DNA of 64,000 bases. It comes from Cenarchaeum sp. Lineage in GTDB: Archaea; Thermoproteota; Nitrososphaeria; Nitrososphaerales; Nitrosopumilaceae. Positions 39,718 to 49,953 of this stretch are shown here, piece by piece. The stretch is from positions 1,248,001 to 1,312,000 of the forward strand of contig OZ242221.1 in the NCBI GenBank assembly GCA_965206845.1, in the 5' to 3' direction. The translations under genes were made by a program, and so were the position numbers. Position 1 is the stretch's first letter; the number at the start of each line of letters is the position of its first letter. The notes beneath the pieces were generated by a model, which worked only from the letters and a program-made list of their open reading frames with translations, searched no databases and had not been told where the DNA came from.

Positions 39718-41015
39718 TGTCGGTTATAGCACCCAAGTTCAGGCTGAGCTTGTTTCTTGCCTCCCTCACTGACAACATATTCTGGATCATCGTACTGCTG
39801 ACGCTGGCAGGCATACCGCTCATCCAGATAATTCTCTTCTTTACGGATCTGCCTGTTATTGACGGTGAGCTGGTAAACCCGTTCCTGGCGCTCACCTGGC
39901 TGGCTGACCCCTCGCGTACCCTGCCCCTGATCAAGGCGCTTATGCTTACAGACATCTTCCGCATAGCGGTGTTCCCGGGCTTTGGATTTGCGGCACTGCT
40001 GGCAGCCGGAACTATCTTTGTCGAGCGTAAGATGCTGGCCAAGATGCAGCTTCGGGTGGGCCCATTCTACTGCGGCAAGGTAGAGGGAATACTGCAGCTC
40101 ATGGGCGACGGCCTCAAGCTCATCTCAAAGGAGATCATAATTCCCGCCAAGGCCGACAAGCCCATCTTCATTGTGGCGCCCCTGCTCTTTGTGGGCACGG
40201 CAGCCGCCTTTGTGGCGCTGATACCCGTGGCTCCCGGCTGGGTGGTCGCCGACGTTGACGTCGGCCTGATTGCAGTCTTTGCCGTGATCGGCTTCTTTCC
40301 GATTATTACCATACTGTCCGCCTGGTCTGCCAACAGCAAGTACCCTTTCATAGGCGGCATCAGGGCGCTTTACCAGATGGTCTCCTTTGAGATCCCGCTT
40401 ATCCTCTCATGTCTTGGGGTGGTCATGCTCACCGGGACCCTGAACCTCACCGAGATCGTCGAGTCCCAGCCGTTCTTCCCCTGGATCATATTCCTGCCCA
40501 TCGGGGCAATCGTCTTCTTTGTGTGCGCCCTTGCAGAGCTGGAGCGTATTCCATTTGACCTGCCCGAGGCTGAGAGCGAGATCGTTGCAGGCTGGCTCAC
40601 CGAGCTCTCCGGAATGATGTATGGCCTGGTGCAGCTGGGCTCCTACGTCAAGCTGTACGCCTTTGCGGCGCTCTTTGTGGTGCTGTTTCTGGGCGGCTGG
40701 AGCGGGCCCATGCTGTGGCCCCCGTTCCCCGAGGAGATCATAACCGAGGGCATCGCTGCAGGGCCTATCACCATACAGATACCGGGCCTGCCTGTATTCT
40801 CCCAAGAGATGCTCAACGGCGTCCTGTGGTTTGTGCTCAAGACGGCCGCCGTGATCTTCTTCATACTGCTGCCGCGGGGCGTCTTTCCGCGCATCAGGAT
40901 CGACATGCTCCTTGAGATCGGCTGGTTCAAGCTCATCGGCCTTGCCTTCATTAACATCTTTATAGCACTGGGCTTGCTGTACGCCGGAGTATTGGGACCG
41001 GGAGGGATATTGTAA
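39717..41015 (+). CDS. nuoH: Complex I subunit H
   Basis: ERK-x-x-A-x-x-Q-x-R-x-GP, DGLKL and RIPFDLPEAESE motifs. Confidence 0.95.
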   Translation: MSVIAPKFRLSLFLASLTDNIFWIIVLLTLAGIPLIQIILFFTDLPVIDGELVNPFLALTWLADPSRTLPLIKALMLTDIFRIAVFPGFGFAALLAAGTIFVERKMLAKMQLRVGPFYCGKVEGILQLMGDGLKLISKEIIIPAKADKPIFIVAPLLFVGTAAAFVALIPVAPGWVVADVDVGLIAVFAVIGFFPIITILSAWSANSKYPFIGGIRALYQMVSFEIPLILSCLGVVMLTGTLNLTEIVESQPFFPWIIFLPIGAIVFFVCALAELERIPFDLPEAESEIVAGWLTELSGMMYGLVQLGSYVKLYAFAALFVVLFLGGWSGPMLWPPFPEEIITEGIAAGPITIQIPGLPVFSQEMLNGVLWFVLKTAAVIFFILLPRGVFPRIRIDMLLEIGWFKLIGLAFINIFIALGLLYAGVLGPGGIL

Positions 41016-41512
41016 TGGGCACGGCTACTGGAATCATCAAGGCACTAAACTCGGGGATAAAGCACCTGGCAATAAAGCGATTCACCCTGAGATACCCCGA
41101 GCAGAAGCTCAAGTTTGTGGGCGACGGCTACCAGTACGATCCGGTGAGCGGCGTGGGCATAGCCGGCCTCAAGGGCCGCCACATGCTCTTTCACGACCAC
41201 TGCACCGGCTGCCAGCTCTGTGCCATCGCATGCGAGGGCGTGGCAGAGGCCATAGGCATGGTCAAGGTTCCCGAGGACTGGAAGCACAACAAAAAATCCA
41301 TAATGCCGCAGATCGACTACGGCAAGTGCGTCTTCTGCGGCCTGTGCGTGGATGCCTGTCCCTTCTACGCCCTGTACATGACAAACGATTATGAGCTGTC
41401 GTCCTTCTCCAAGGAGGGCCTGATATACACGCCCGAGCAGCTGGCAGTCAAGCCCGACGTGGCGCAGGATGCCGAGATCATAATCACCGACAGGGGTGCG
41501 ACCCATGGCTGA
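41015..41512 (+). CDS. nuoI: Complex I subunit I (2x[4Fe-4S])
   Basis: CTGCQLCAIAC and CVFCGLCVDACP motifs. Confidence 0.95.
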   Translation: MGTATGIIKALNSGIKHLAIKRFTLRYPEQKLKFVGDGYQYDPVSGVGIAGLKGRHMLFHDHCTGCQLCAIACEGVAEAIGMVKVPEDWKHNKKSIMPQIDYGKCVFCGLCVDACPFYALYMTNDYELSSFSKEGLIYTPEQLAVKPDVAQDAEIIITDRGATHG

Positions 41513-42017
41513 CGTGGCCCTTTTGGCACTGGCGGTGCTGACCATCGGGGGAGCCATTGCGGCTCTGGAGATGCGCTCGCTTATATACGGCTCCATTTCG
41601 CTGATGGGAATGCTGGCCGGCGTGGCTGGACTCTTCTTCCTGCTTGACTCGCCGTTTGTAGCGCTGTTCCAGATTGTCGTCTACGTGGGAGCCATTGCCG
41701 TGCTGATCCTCTTTACCGTCATGCTGGTCAGGAGGGAGCTGATCTTCAAGAAGATCGAGGATCCCAGGAGAAAGTGGGCCGGAATCGGACTGATGCTGGT
41801 CATGATGGTGGCCTTGGGCGCCATCATACTGGACTCCGGCATCCGGGAGATCACCACCGACGAGCCTGCAGTGGACTTTAGGAATATCGGTGAAGACTTT
41901 CTTACGTACTACTGGCCGGCACTGATTGCCATGGCGCTGATCCTGGCAGGCTCCGTTACCGGCGCACTCGTATTAGCTAAACGGGAGGATGTTCAAAATG
42001 AGCAACGAGCTGATTGA
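41505..42017 (+). CDS. nuoJ: Complex I subunit J
   Basis: QIVVYVGAIAVLILF motif. Confidence 0.93.
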   Translation: MADVALLALAVLTIGGAIAALEMRSLIYGSISLMGMLAGVAGLFFLLDSPFVALFQIVVYVGAIAVLILFTVMLVRRELIFKKIEDPRRKWAGIGLMLVMMVALGAIILDSGIREITTDEPAVDFRNIGEDFLTYYWPALIAMALILAGSVTGALVLAKREDVQNEQRAD

Positions 42018-42303
42018 TTTTGTCATTGTGTCCGTGGCGCTTCTCGCAATCGGGATATATGGCCTGGCGGTAAAGCGAAACGCGCTGAGGATGCTCTTTG
42101 CGATAGAGATAGTGATCAACGCCGCAAACATCAACCTGGTGGCGTTTGCCAGGTTCCTGCCCCACAGCGGGGGCCAGACGCTGGCGCTCTTCTCCATTGC
42201 GATTGCCGCTGCCGAGGTGGCGGTGGGCCTGTCGCTTATCATAGTGGCGTATAGGATGTGGAAGAATGTTGACATTACCGAGTTTAGGAGCCTGAAGGGA
42301 TAA
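41998..42303 (+). CDS. nuoK: Complex I subunit K
   Basis: IE-x-x-x-NA-x-N and AAAEVAVGL motifs. Confidence 0.93.
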   Translation: MSNELIDFVIVSVALLAIGIYGLAVKRNALRMLFAIEIVINAANINLVAFARFLPHSGGQTLALFSIAIAAAEVAVGLSLIIVAYRMWKNVDITEFRSLKG

Positions 42304-43853
42304 TGGTATTTGAGCTACTGCAGGCAGTATTCCTGCCCCTGTTACTGTCACCAGTAGCGTACCTTCTGGGCAGGTACCGCGGGCCGGGAGCCGCCACCTG
42401 GTTTTCATTTGGCCTGCTGCTCTACTGCACCGTAATCATAGTACTGCCATCCCTTGACGGCCACCTGGAGGAGCACTACCCATGGACGGAGATGTTCGGC
42501 GAGTTTGGCTTCAACCTGGACGGCCTGGCACTGCCTTTTGCCATAATGATATACGTGCTGAGCGCGATCCTCGTGCTGTACTCAAAGCCCTACATGGTGC
42601 ACAAGTTCCGGGAGCAGTTTACCGAGCTGCGCGTGGAGGCAGGCTTGGGGCAGACTGCCGAGGTGGTGGATCGGGTAGCCCTTGAGAGGCACGTCAACGC
42701 CCAGTCGGGCATCTACTTTGCGCTATACCTGGTCTTTGCCATGGGCATGCTGGGCACCATCCTGTCTACTAACCTGATCCAGTTCTACGTCTTCTTTGAG
42801 GTGATGCTGATACCTGCCTTCTTCCTTGTGGCGTTCTGGGGCGACGGAAACCGCCGGAAGATCGCCCTGATGTTCTTCTTCTGGACCCATGTGGGCGCCG
42901 TGGTCCTGCTGCTGGGCTTTCTTATGATCGGCCTGACCATTGGGAGCTTTGACTTTGCAGACATCAACGAGGATGCGATTCCCAGTGACATACTGCTGCT
43001 CTCGGCGGTGGCCATTGCCATCGGCCTGGGGGTCAAGCTTGCGGCCTTTATGTTCCATATATGGCTGCCCTGGGTCCACGGTGCAGCGCCTACCCCAATC
43101 AGCGCCCTGCTTTCGCCTGTGATGATTGGCATAGGGGCGTACGGCATATTCCGCCTGATAATCGAGTTTCTGCCTTCTGCGTACGCAGACATGGCCATAT
43201 GGTTCCACGTCTGGGGCCTGGTCACGATGATCTACGGCGGGGCCATGGCCCTGATGCAAGACGACCTCAAGCGACTCTTTGCGTACTCGAGCATCAGCCA
43301 GATGGGGTACCTGCTCTTTGGAATCGGAACCTACTCCACACTGGGGCTGGCAGGCGCCGAGATGATGTACATAACGCACGCCCTGGGAAAGGGGCTCCTC
43401 TTCATGACCGCAGGCGTAATCATAGTGAAGGTGGGAACCAGGAGCATCTCAAAGCTGGGTGGCCTGGCAGGCAGGATGCCCATTACCGCCGTGTGCGCAG
43501 TCATCGGGGCGCTGACCATCATGGGCGTGCCTCCGACCAGCGGCTTTATGGGGGAGTGGATCCTGTTTTACGGCGCCCTGGAGACTGCCATCGAGGAGGG
43601 CTCGACCCTGAGGTTTGTCACCTTTGGCCTGGGGCTGGTGGCCACGGCGCTCACCATGTCATACATACTCTGGATGCTCAAACGCGTCTTCTTTGGCAAG
43701 ACGCCATCAAACCTCGCACATGTCAAGGACGGCAGCTGGTACATGCTGGCTCCTATGATGGTCCTGGCGGGATTCACCATAGTGCTTGGGATATACCCTG
43801 ACATCTTCCTTGAGGGAATCATTCCGTATATGAGCGGGGTGCTGGGGGCCTAG
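42303..43853 (+). CDS. nuoM: Complex I subunit M
   Basis: FYVFFE, H-x-WLP-x-x-H-x-x-AP and AYSSISQMG motifs. Confidence 0.93.
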   Translation: MVFELLQAVFLPLLLSPVAYLLGRYRGPGAATWFSFGLLLYCTVIIVLPSLDGHLEEHYPWTEMFGEFGFNLDGLALPFAIMIYVLSAILVLYSKPYMVHKFREQFTELRVEAGLGQTAEVVDRVALERHVNAQSGIYFALYLVFAMGMLGTILSTNLIQFYVFFEVMLIPAFFLVAFWGDGNRRKIALMFFFWTHVGAVVLLLGFLMIGLTIGSFDFADINEDAIPSDILLLSAVAIAIGLGVKLAAFMFHIWLPWVHGAAPTPISALLSPVMIGIGAYGIFRLIIEFLPSAYADMAIWFHVWGLVTMIYGGAMALMQDDLKRLFAYSSISQMGYLLFGIGTYSTLGLAGAEMMYITHALGKGLLFMTAGVIIVKVGTRSISKLGGLAGRMPITAVCAVIGALTIMGVPPTSGFMGEWILFYGALETAIEEGSTLRFVTFGLGLVATALTMSYILWMLKRVFFGKTPSNLAHVKDGSWYMLAPMMVLAGFTIVLGIYPDIFLEGIIPYMSGVLGA

Positions 43854-43856
43854 GCC

Positions 43857-45923
43857 ATGGCAGACATGATACTGGGTTTCGCGCCTGCGTCATTTGCGTG
43901 GCTGGTCTGGATACTTCCCTTCGCGGCGGCCCTGATAATACCTGCGGTCGGCAAGGCATCCAAGCACTCCACGGGGTACGTTGCCGTGGGCTTTGCACTT
44001 ATGAGCGCAATCTCGGCTGCGCTGCTCCTGCCCGTTGCGCTGGATGCAGGCGAGGTACACGATCAGATCATGTGGATCGAGGCCATTGGACTCAAGGCCG
44101 GCGTCCTGGCGGATCCACTGGCCGTCATCATGGCAAACGTTGTGGGCTGGATATCGTTCCTCATAATGGTGTACAGCACCGGATACATGAAGGGCGACCG
44201 CGACATAGTGAGGTTCTGGTTCTGGATGATGTTCTTCATAGGATCAATGCAGCTCATCGTGCTCTCTGACAACCTGCTTCAGGTCTTCTTTGGATGGGAG
44301 GGAGTGGGGCTGGCGTCGTACGCGCTGATCAGCTTTTGGTATCGCGACAAGAAGAAGGATCACGTGGGCCAGGAGGGCCGCACGACCCTGGGCCTGCTGG
44401 ACTACTACTCCCCCACCCACGCCGGCATGAAGGCGTTCATCATGACCAAGATCGGCGACGTGATGATGCTGGCAGGCATGTTCCTCATCTTCTTCTATGC
44501 GGGAACCTTTGGATTCCGCGAGCTGATGACAGACACCGCATGGGCAGTCACGATGTCTGCCGAGGGATTCCTGATACCTGCCGCCGTCCTGCTCTTTGGA
44601 GGCGCCATAGGCAAGTCGGCCCAGTTCCCGCTCAACGAGTGGCTGCTGGAGGCCATGACCGGCCCCACGGCAGTCTCTGCGCTCATCCACGCGGCAACCA
44701 TGGTCAAGGCGGGCGTCTTCCTAGTTGCCAGGTTGGGACCGCTCTTCTTTGCGCTGGGAGCCGCCGGAATCCTTGCGGATCAGTTCTTTGAGATCGTGGC
44801 TTGGGTCGGCGCCATCACGGCGTTGCTGCTAGCATCCCAGGCCTTGGTGAACCCGGAGATCAAGAAGGTCCTGGCCTACTCAACGGGCTCCCAGATCGGC
44901 TACATGATGATGGCGCTGGGAATCGCCGGGCTCTCGGACCAGTTCGTCGACGGGTACACTGCGGGCTTCTTCCACCTAATATCCCACGCAATGTTCAAGG
45001 CATCACTCTTTATGGCCGCCGGCTCGCTTCTGCATGTGGTTGGATCCAGGTTCATGACCGACATGGGGGCCCTGCGCAAGCACATGAAGAAGACGTTCAT
45101 CTTCATGTGGGCGGCCGGCCTTGGACTGATGGGCGCGCCGTTCATCACCACTGGCTTTTGGAGCAAGGATGCGGTCTTTGCCGCGGTGTACGAGTCCTCA
45201 AGCGAATGGGCCCTGCCGCTCTTTGCGATCGCGGTGATCACCGCGGTGATTACGGCATTCTACACCACCCGGATGATGGGCATGGTCTTCTTTGGACCCA
45301 AGAGCAACCACGTCAAGAAGATGGAGTCAGAGGGCCACCACATCCACGAGGCGCCGATGTCCATGTGGATACCCTACGGAATACTGGCTGTCATGACGAT
45401 AGGGGTGGGTGTCATGGGACTGGCCTTTGAGGGCGAACTGCACCACCTCTTTACCGAGTACCTGGATCACTCCTTTGGCATTCACACAGAGCATGCCATC
45501 GCAGGAGAGGAGCTGGGCGGATTCCTTGCGGGCGTCAACCCGACCGCGCTGACGGCGTCCCTGGCCGCCTTTGCCATAGGCATAATCCTGGGGTACGTGT
45601 TCTACATAGGTAGGTTCGTTGATGCCGGCAGGTTCGTAAACTCCAACATATTCTTCTACTCGATCCACAAGTTTCTGCTGAACAGGTGGTACCTCAACGC
45701 CATGGTCTACTGGTGCTTTGTCGTGGCGCCGCTCTGGGTTGCCCGCGGCGTCTTCCGCTACTTTGAGCGGACCACCATCGACTATGGCATGAACACGGGC
45801 CTGGAGAAGGCGGTGGGCTGGGGTGCCAAGGTGGTGCATGGAACGCAGACTGGCATCGTACAGTCGTATCTATTCGTATTTGGGGCGGGGCTGCTCTTCG
45901 TAGTCCTGATACTGCTGATATAG
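43857..45923 (+). CDS. nuoL: Complex I subunit L
   Basis: GWEGVG, GKSAQFPL, AMTGPT-x-VSALIHAATMV and HAMFK motifs. Confidence 0.95.
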   Translation: MADMILGFAPASFAWLVWILPFAAALIIPAVGKASKHSTGYVAVGFALMSAISAALLLPVALDAGEVHDQIMWIEAIGLKAGVLADPLAVIMANVVGWISFLIMVYSTGYMKGDRDIVRFWFWMMFFIGSMQLIVLSDNLLQVFFGWEGVGLASYALISFWYRDKKKDHVGQEGRTTLGLLDYYSPTHAGMKAFIMTKIGDVMMLAGMFLIFFYAGTFGFRELMTDTAWAVTMSAEGFLIPAAVLLFGGAIGKSAQFPLNEWLLEAMTGPTAVSALIHAATMVKAGVFLVARLGPLFFALGAAGILADQFFEIVAWVGAITALLLASQALVNPEIKKVLAYSTGSQIGYMMMALGIAGLSDQFVDGYTAGFFHLISHAMFKASLFMAAGSLLHVVGSRFMTDMGALRKHMKKTFIFMWAAGLGLMGAPFITTGFWSKDAVFAAVYESSSEWALPLFAIAVITAVITAFYTTRMMGMVFFGPKSNHVKKMESEGHHIHEAPMSMWIPYGILAVMTIGVGVMGLAFEGELHHLFTEYLDHSFGIHTEHAIAGEELGGFLAGVNPTALTASLAAFAIGIILGYVFYIGRFVDAGRFVNSNIFFYSIHKFLLNRWYLNAMVYWCFVVAPLWVARGVFRYFERTTIDYGMNTGLEKAVGWGAKVVHGTQTGIVQSYLFVFGAGLLFVVLILLI

Positions 45924-45933
45924 GTGATATGGT

Positions 45934-47415
45934 ATGATGGGACTTGACTCGACTCCGATTATAATAATCGCAATGCTGGGATCCATCGGCGTGATTCTGC
46001 CTGTGATAAGCATCGTGAGAAAGGAGGGGGGATCCAACTCGTTCTACGGCGCCATCGCCTTTGGCGCGCTGCTCGCCGCCGTGGCATTTGTGCTGTACCA
46101 GTTCGTCTCTGGAGCCGCCGCCCCTGCGGTGCTCTTCTCAGAGGATGTGCTGGCAGACGACGCCTTTGGCGGATTCTTTGCCATTGCGATGCTCATAGTC
46201 GCCATAATGACGACGGTGGGCTCGTTCAACTACATGCGAAAGCAGAAGGACACCGCGGTGTACTACTCGCTGATCCTGCTCTCCGCAATCGGCATGGTGC
46301 TGGTGGCGTACTCTACCGATCTTGTGATGCTCTTTGTCGCCTGGGAGCTGATGAGCATTCCCACATACATCCTGGCGGGATACATGAAGAAGGATCCCAG
46401 CTCCAACGAGGCGGCGCTCAAGTACTTTCTGTTTGGCGCCCTGTCGTCTGCAATCATAGTGTACGGAATATCCATGGCCTACGGGCTGACAGGCTCCACC
46501 AACATCGGGGAGGTGATCCAGGGAATGGCAAACCTGGACGAGTCCATGGCGCTGCTGGGGCTGCTGACCGTGGGGCTGTTCATCACCGGGTTCGGGTTCA
46601 AGATGGGCCTTGTCCCCTTCCACATGTGGCTACCTGACACATACGAGGGTGCGCCGCCGCCGATCACCGCGCTGCTGGCAGCCGCCACCAAGAAGGCGGG
46701 ATTTGCCGCTGCGATACGCGTCGTGGTGCTGGGCACCGCCGCGCTGCACCTGGACTGGACGCTGGCCCTGGGGGTCATTGCCGTGATGACCATGACCGTT
46801 GGCAACATAGCTGCCATAATGCAGAAGAACCTCTCGAGGATGCTGGCGTACTCCAGCATCGGCCATGCGGGGTACATACTTATCGGACTTGCGGTGGCGC
46901 CATTCTCGTCTACCGGCATGTCAGGCTCGCTCTTCCACATAATGAACCACGCCGTAATGAAGGGGGCGGCGTTTATCGCCATCGCGGGAATAGTCACCAC
47001 ACTGGCAGTCACACATCTGGACAAGCTCAAGGGACTTGGAAGGAGGATGCCCATCACCTCTGTCGGCCTGGTGATATCGCTTCTGGCGCTGGCGGGCGTT
47101 CCGCCACTGAACGGATTCTGGAGCAAGCTTGTGCTGTTTGGCTCGGCGCTGGATGCAGGAACCGTGGTCTGGTGGGGCCCGTGGCTTGCCATAGCCGGAG
47201 TCCTCAACAGCGCCCTGTCACTGGCGTACTACGGCTGGATCATACGCAAGATGTACTTTGAGGGCGAGACGGAGAAGCGGGTCTCAGAACCCCGGTCCGT
47301 GATCGCCGTGATGGTATTCTCGATCATATTCATCGTGGGCTTTGGCGTGTATCCGGATCCGCTGATACAGTTTGCAGGGAGCGCGGCACCCGCACTGTCC
47401 AGCTTTGTCCCCTAG
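45934..47415 (+). CDS. nuoN: Complex I subunit N
   Basis: EAALKYF, FK-x-x-x-VPFH-x-W-x-PD-x-YEG and RMLAYSSI-x-HAG motifs. Confidence 0.95.
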   Translation: MMGLDSTPIIIIAMLGSIGVILPVISIVRKEGGSNSFYGAIAFGALLAAVAFVLYQFVSGAAAPAVLFSEDVLADDAFGGFFAIAMLIVAIMTTVGSFNYMRKQKDTAVYYSLILLSAIGMVLVAYSTDLVMLFVAWELMSIPTYILAGYMKKDPSSNEAALKYFLFGALSSAIIVYGISMAYGLTGSTNIGEVIQGMANLDESMALLGLLTVGLFITGFGFKMGLVPFHMWLPDTYEGAPPPITALLAAATKKAGFAAAIRVVVLGTAALHLDWTLALGVIAVMTMTVGNIAAIMQKNLSRMLAYSSIGHAGYILIGLAVAPFSSTGMSGSLFHIMNHAVMKGAAFIAIAGIVTTLAVTHLDKLKGLGRRMPITSVGLVISLLALAGVPPLNGFWSKLVLFGSALDAGTVVWWGPWLAIAGVLNSALSLAYYGWIIRKMYFEGETEKRVSEPRSVIAVMVFSIIFIVGFGVYPDPLIQFAGSAAPALSSFVP

Positions 47416-47545
47416 GCTTGCGGCGGCATAACTCTTGCCGGGTTTGCATGATCGACGAACTCCCCCTGTGCCGTCCGGCTCCATCCCTGCGCGGTACGAC
47501 GGCGCCCACAGGTAAAACGGTAGTGCCGGACTGACGTAAAAGGGG

Positions 47546-48397
47546 CTACTCTTTAAAACTGGTGAACCGGATGAGCTGATCCAGCAGCCCCTTGGGCCTG
47601 CTGTCGGGAAGGCTTACCAGCGCGCCCCGGGCCCTTTGGGCATACCTCTTGAGCATCTCCTCCATCTTGTCAAAGACGACTCTGGGATCGTGGCTCTTCT
47701 TTATGAGCAGGTTGAAGAGCTTGTCCTCGTTCTTCCAGTCCAGGAGGTCATCCCTTATCTGGTATGCAATCCCGATGTTCCTGCCGTACTCGGTGAGCAC
47801 CTTTATCTGGGCCTCCGAGCCGCAGCCGATGACCGCCCCTATCCTTGCCGACGCCTCAAAGGCGGTGGCCGTCTTGTACTCGATCACCTTGAGATAGTCA
47901 TCAAATGTGACATCCTCTGTGACCTCCAGCCTGGACTCTATCATCTCGCCCTCGCTCATGAGCATTGCGGTGGTGGCCAGATCCTTGGTAATTCGCGGGT
48001 TGTTCAGCTTGGACGATATGTTGAGGATGAGCCCCAGGACAAAGTCGCCGGTCAGGATGCTCGTGTTGTACCCATACTTGATGTGGAACGGCTCCTTGTG
48101 CCGGCGGGAGGTCTCGTCGTCTATTATGTCATCGTGAATCACGGACTCGGTATGTAGAAACTCCACGGCGCACGAGGCGGCATACGTGTCCTCGTTGACC
48201 GTTCCCACCGTCTCGGCAGCCAGCACCAGTATGACCGGCCTGATCCTCTTTCCGCCCCGGATCGAGTACTTGAGCGGCTCGATGAACTCGGATCTGCTGT
48301 AAAGGTTCAACTCCGAATCGATGGCCTGCTCGATCTTGCCGATGTACCCGTTGTACGTCTTCAGCAGAGGGTTGCCATTGAGATTTTTTCTGTCCAC
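47546..48397 (-). CDS. Polyprenyl (geranylgeranyl) diphosphate synthase
   Basis: GGKRIRP, HDDIID, KTA and YQIRDDLLD motifs; start estimated at GTG 48397. Confidence 0.9.
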   Translation of the reverse strand: MDRKNLNGNPLLKTYNGYIGKIEQAIDSELNLYSRSEFIEPLKYSIRGGKRIRPVILVLAAETVGTVNEDTYAASCAVEFLHTESVIHDDIIDDETSRRHKEPFHIKYGYNTSILTGDFVLGLILNISSKLNNPRITKDLATTAMLMSEGEMIESRLEVTEDVTFDDYLKVIEYKTATAFEASARIGAVIGCGSEAQIKVLTEYGRNIGIAYQIRDDLLDWKNEDKLFNLLIKKSHDPRVVFDKMEEMLKRYAQRARGALVSLPDSRPKGLLDQLIRFTSFKE

Positions 48398-48442
48398 ACT
48401 AAACCCTCTCTCTAGGGTGCCCTGAGTTTTATAATTAAACCT

Positions 48443-48537
48443 TGGTGCTCCAGTCGGGACTTTCATCTTGTCGATTTTGAACCCGAGATCACTGCCTTGA
48501 AAGGGCAGTATGCTTGACCGGTCTACACCACTGGAGC
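48443..48537 (-). tRNA. tRNA-Glu(TTC) with 16-nt non-canonical intron in the T-loop (59/60; + strand 48460-48475)
   Basis: Reverse complement reads GCTCCAG…CTGCC-CT-TTC-AA-GGCAG…TCGGG-TTCAAA[ATCGACAAGATGAAAG]T-CCCGA-CTGGAGC-A-CCA; the intron forms a full bulge-helix-bulge. Confidence 0.92.
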
Positions 48538-48823
48538 CCAGCTGGGTCACATGGCGTTTCCATAAAACCCTTTGGTAACATACTTTTGCAGCTTCGCTCC
48601 ATTGCGGTCTGGCTCGCGGTGCTCCGCGCTGCACGCAGCAGTACGCAGTCCCGAGTCATGGTATGCAGGGAACATTCTGCGGGTGGCGCTTCCTTGCTGG
48701 CGCATACTACGCGCAGTTATCCCAGGCATCGATCCGGAGATCTGTGTCTGGAATGGCGTGTCTCCGTAGCGCACACCTTTCCCTTGCACAAGATTTTTTA
48801 CCGCCCTGTCGGGCATACAACTC

Positions 48824-49450
48824 ATGAACTCCACCATAAGGAAGATAGATGAGATAATCGAGGAGAAGAGCCTGCTCAAGCACAGGTTCTACCAGATGTG
48901 GTCTGCCGGGGAGCTCACAAAGGAGTCCCTCGCTGGATACTCTAGGGAGTACTTTCAGCTGGTAAAGGCGGTTCCGTCCTTTATGACGCCCATAATCGAG
49001 CGGGCGCCGGCAGAGGAGATCGACGAGCTAGTGGCAAACCAGCTGGAGGAGCAGGAGCACATTGAGCCATGGGGCAGGTTTGCGGCATCCCTGGATGTGA
49101 CAGACCTGGATCACTACCAAGGCCTGCCAAAGACGCGACAGGCAGTCGAAGAGTTGTCTGCCCTGATGGGTGACTACGAGGGCGGCTCGTGCGCAATGTA
49201 CGCGCTGGAGAAGGAGATTCCCAAGATAAGCCATACGAAACTGGACGGACTGGCTGAATTCTATGGAATCACGGACAGCGGTGCCACAGAATACTTTGAG
49301 CTCCACGCCACGGCAGACATCAGGCATGCCGCCTCATGGCGGCAAATACTGGCCAGATCCACAGAATCCGACCACCTGATTGAGATTGCCACAAAGTCGA
49401 TGGCCGCACAGAACCTTCTGCTTGATAGCTGCTACGAGGCATACTGCTGA
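48824..49450 (+). CDS. TenA/PqqC/CADD-like heme-oxygenase-fold diiron protein
   Basis: LLKH-x-FYQ-x-W, EE-x-x-H, Y-x-x-E-x-x-I-P-x-I-S-x-x-K and YF-x-x-H-x-x-x-D-x-x-H motifs. Confidence 0.8.
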   Translation: MNSTIRKIDEIIEEKSLLKHRFYQMWSAGELTKESLAGYSREYFQLVKAVPSFMTPIIERAPAEEIDELVANQLEEQEHIEPWGRFAASLDVTDLDHYQGLPKTRQAVEELSALMGDYEGGSCAMYALEKEIPKISHTKLDGLAEFYGITDSGATEYFELHATADIRHAASWRQILARSTESDHLIEIATKSMAAQNLLLDSCYEAYC

Positions 49451-49612
49451 TACTGCATCAACAGGGAAACGACCCGTTTGTTTTAATCCAAAAAATCAGT
49501 GTGGGATCCTGACAGCTGCGCCGGATCAGGCGTGACGGCTCTTTTGGATGGGCATGCCTGGGCGAATGGGGAACCGCAGCATCATGCGCATGGCGCGCCA
49601 TGCATGGTTCCG

Positions 49613-49948
49613 TCATGACTCGTTCTCGTCATGTCCTACCACATGCTCCTGGCAAAAGTACGCGTCGTTCATGCCACAATAGTACAGTGACGCATCCCCG
49701 CACATGCTGCAGCGCGGCTTTGGATCCTCTGGAGACAGCTTGGTGTGTATTATTCTGCTCCTCGGGGCCACGCCGCTCCGGTAGGTTCCTGCCATCCTTG
49801 CAACATATGCCGCCTCGTCTGGGCTGAGCTGGATCCCGCGATCCATCTTCTTTGCAAGCTTTGCCCACCTCTTGTACTCGCCCACCCGGGCAAGCTTCAT
49901 CCGTTCGATCAGATCCCGCGTGGCCTGGTGGTCTGCATGTGGCGGCAT
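49613..49948 (-). CDS. Hypothetical protein with C-terminal Zn-finger-like Cys/His cluster
   Basis: C-x-x-C…YYC-x-x-x-x-x-YFC-x-x-H-x-x-x-H. Confidence 0.6.
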   Translation of the reverse strand: MPPHADHQATRDLIERMKLARVGEYKRWAKLAKKMDRGIQLSPDEAAYVARMAGTYRSGVAPRSRIIHTKLSPEDPKPRCSMCGDASLYYCGMNDAYFCQEHVVGHDENES

Positions 49949-49953
49949 CCGGG

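Noticed and set aside
37125-47415. Absence of nuoEFG and the nuoM-before-nuoL order
   Set aside because: Typical of complex I operons in ammonia-oxidising archaea; not novel.
48398-48634. N-terminal extension of the polyprenyl synthase ORF
   Set aside because: It overlaps the tRNA-Glu gene; homology-like sequence begins near GTG 48397.
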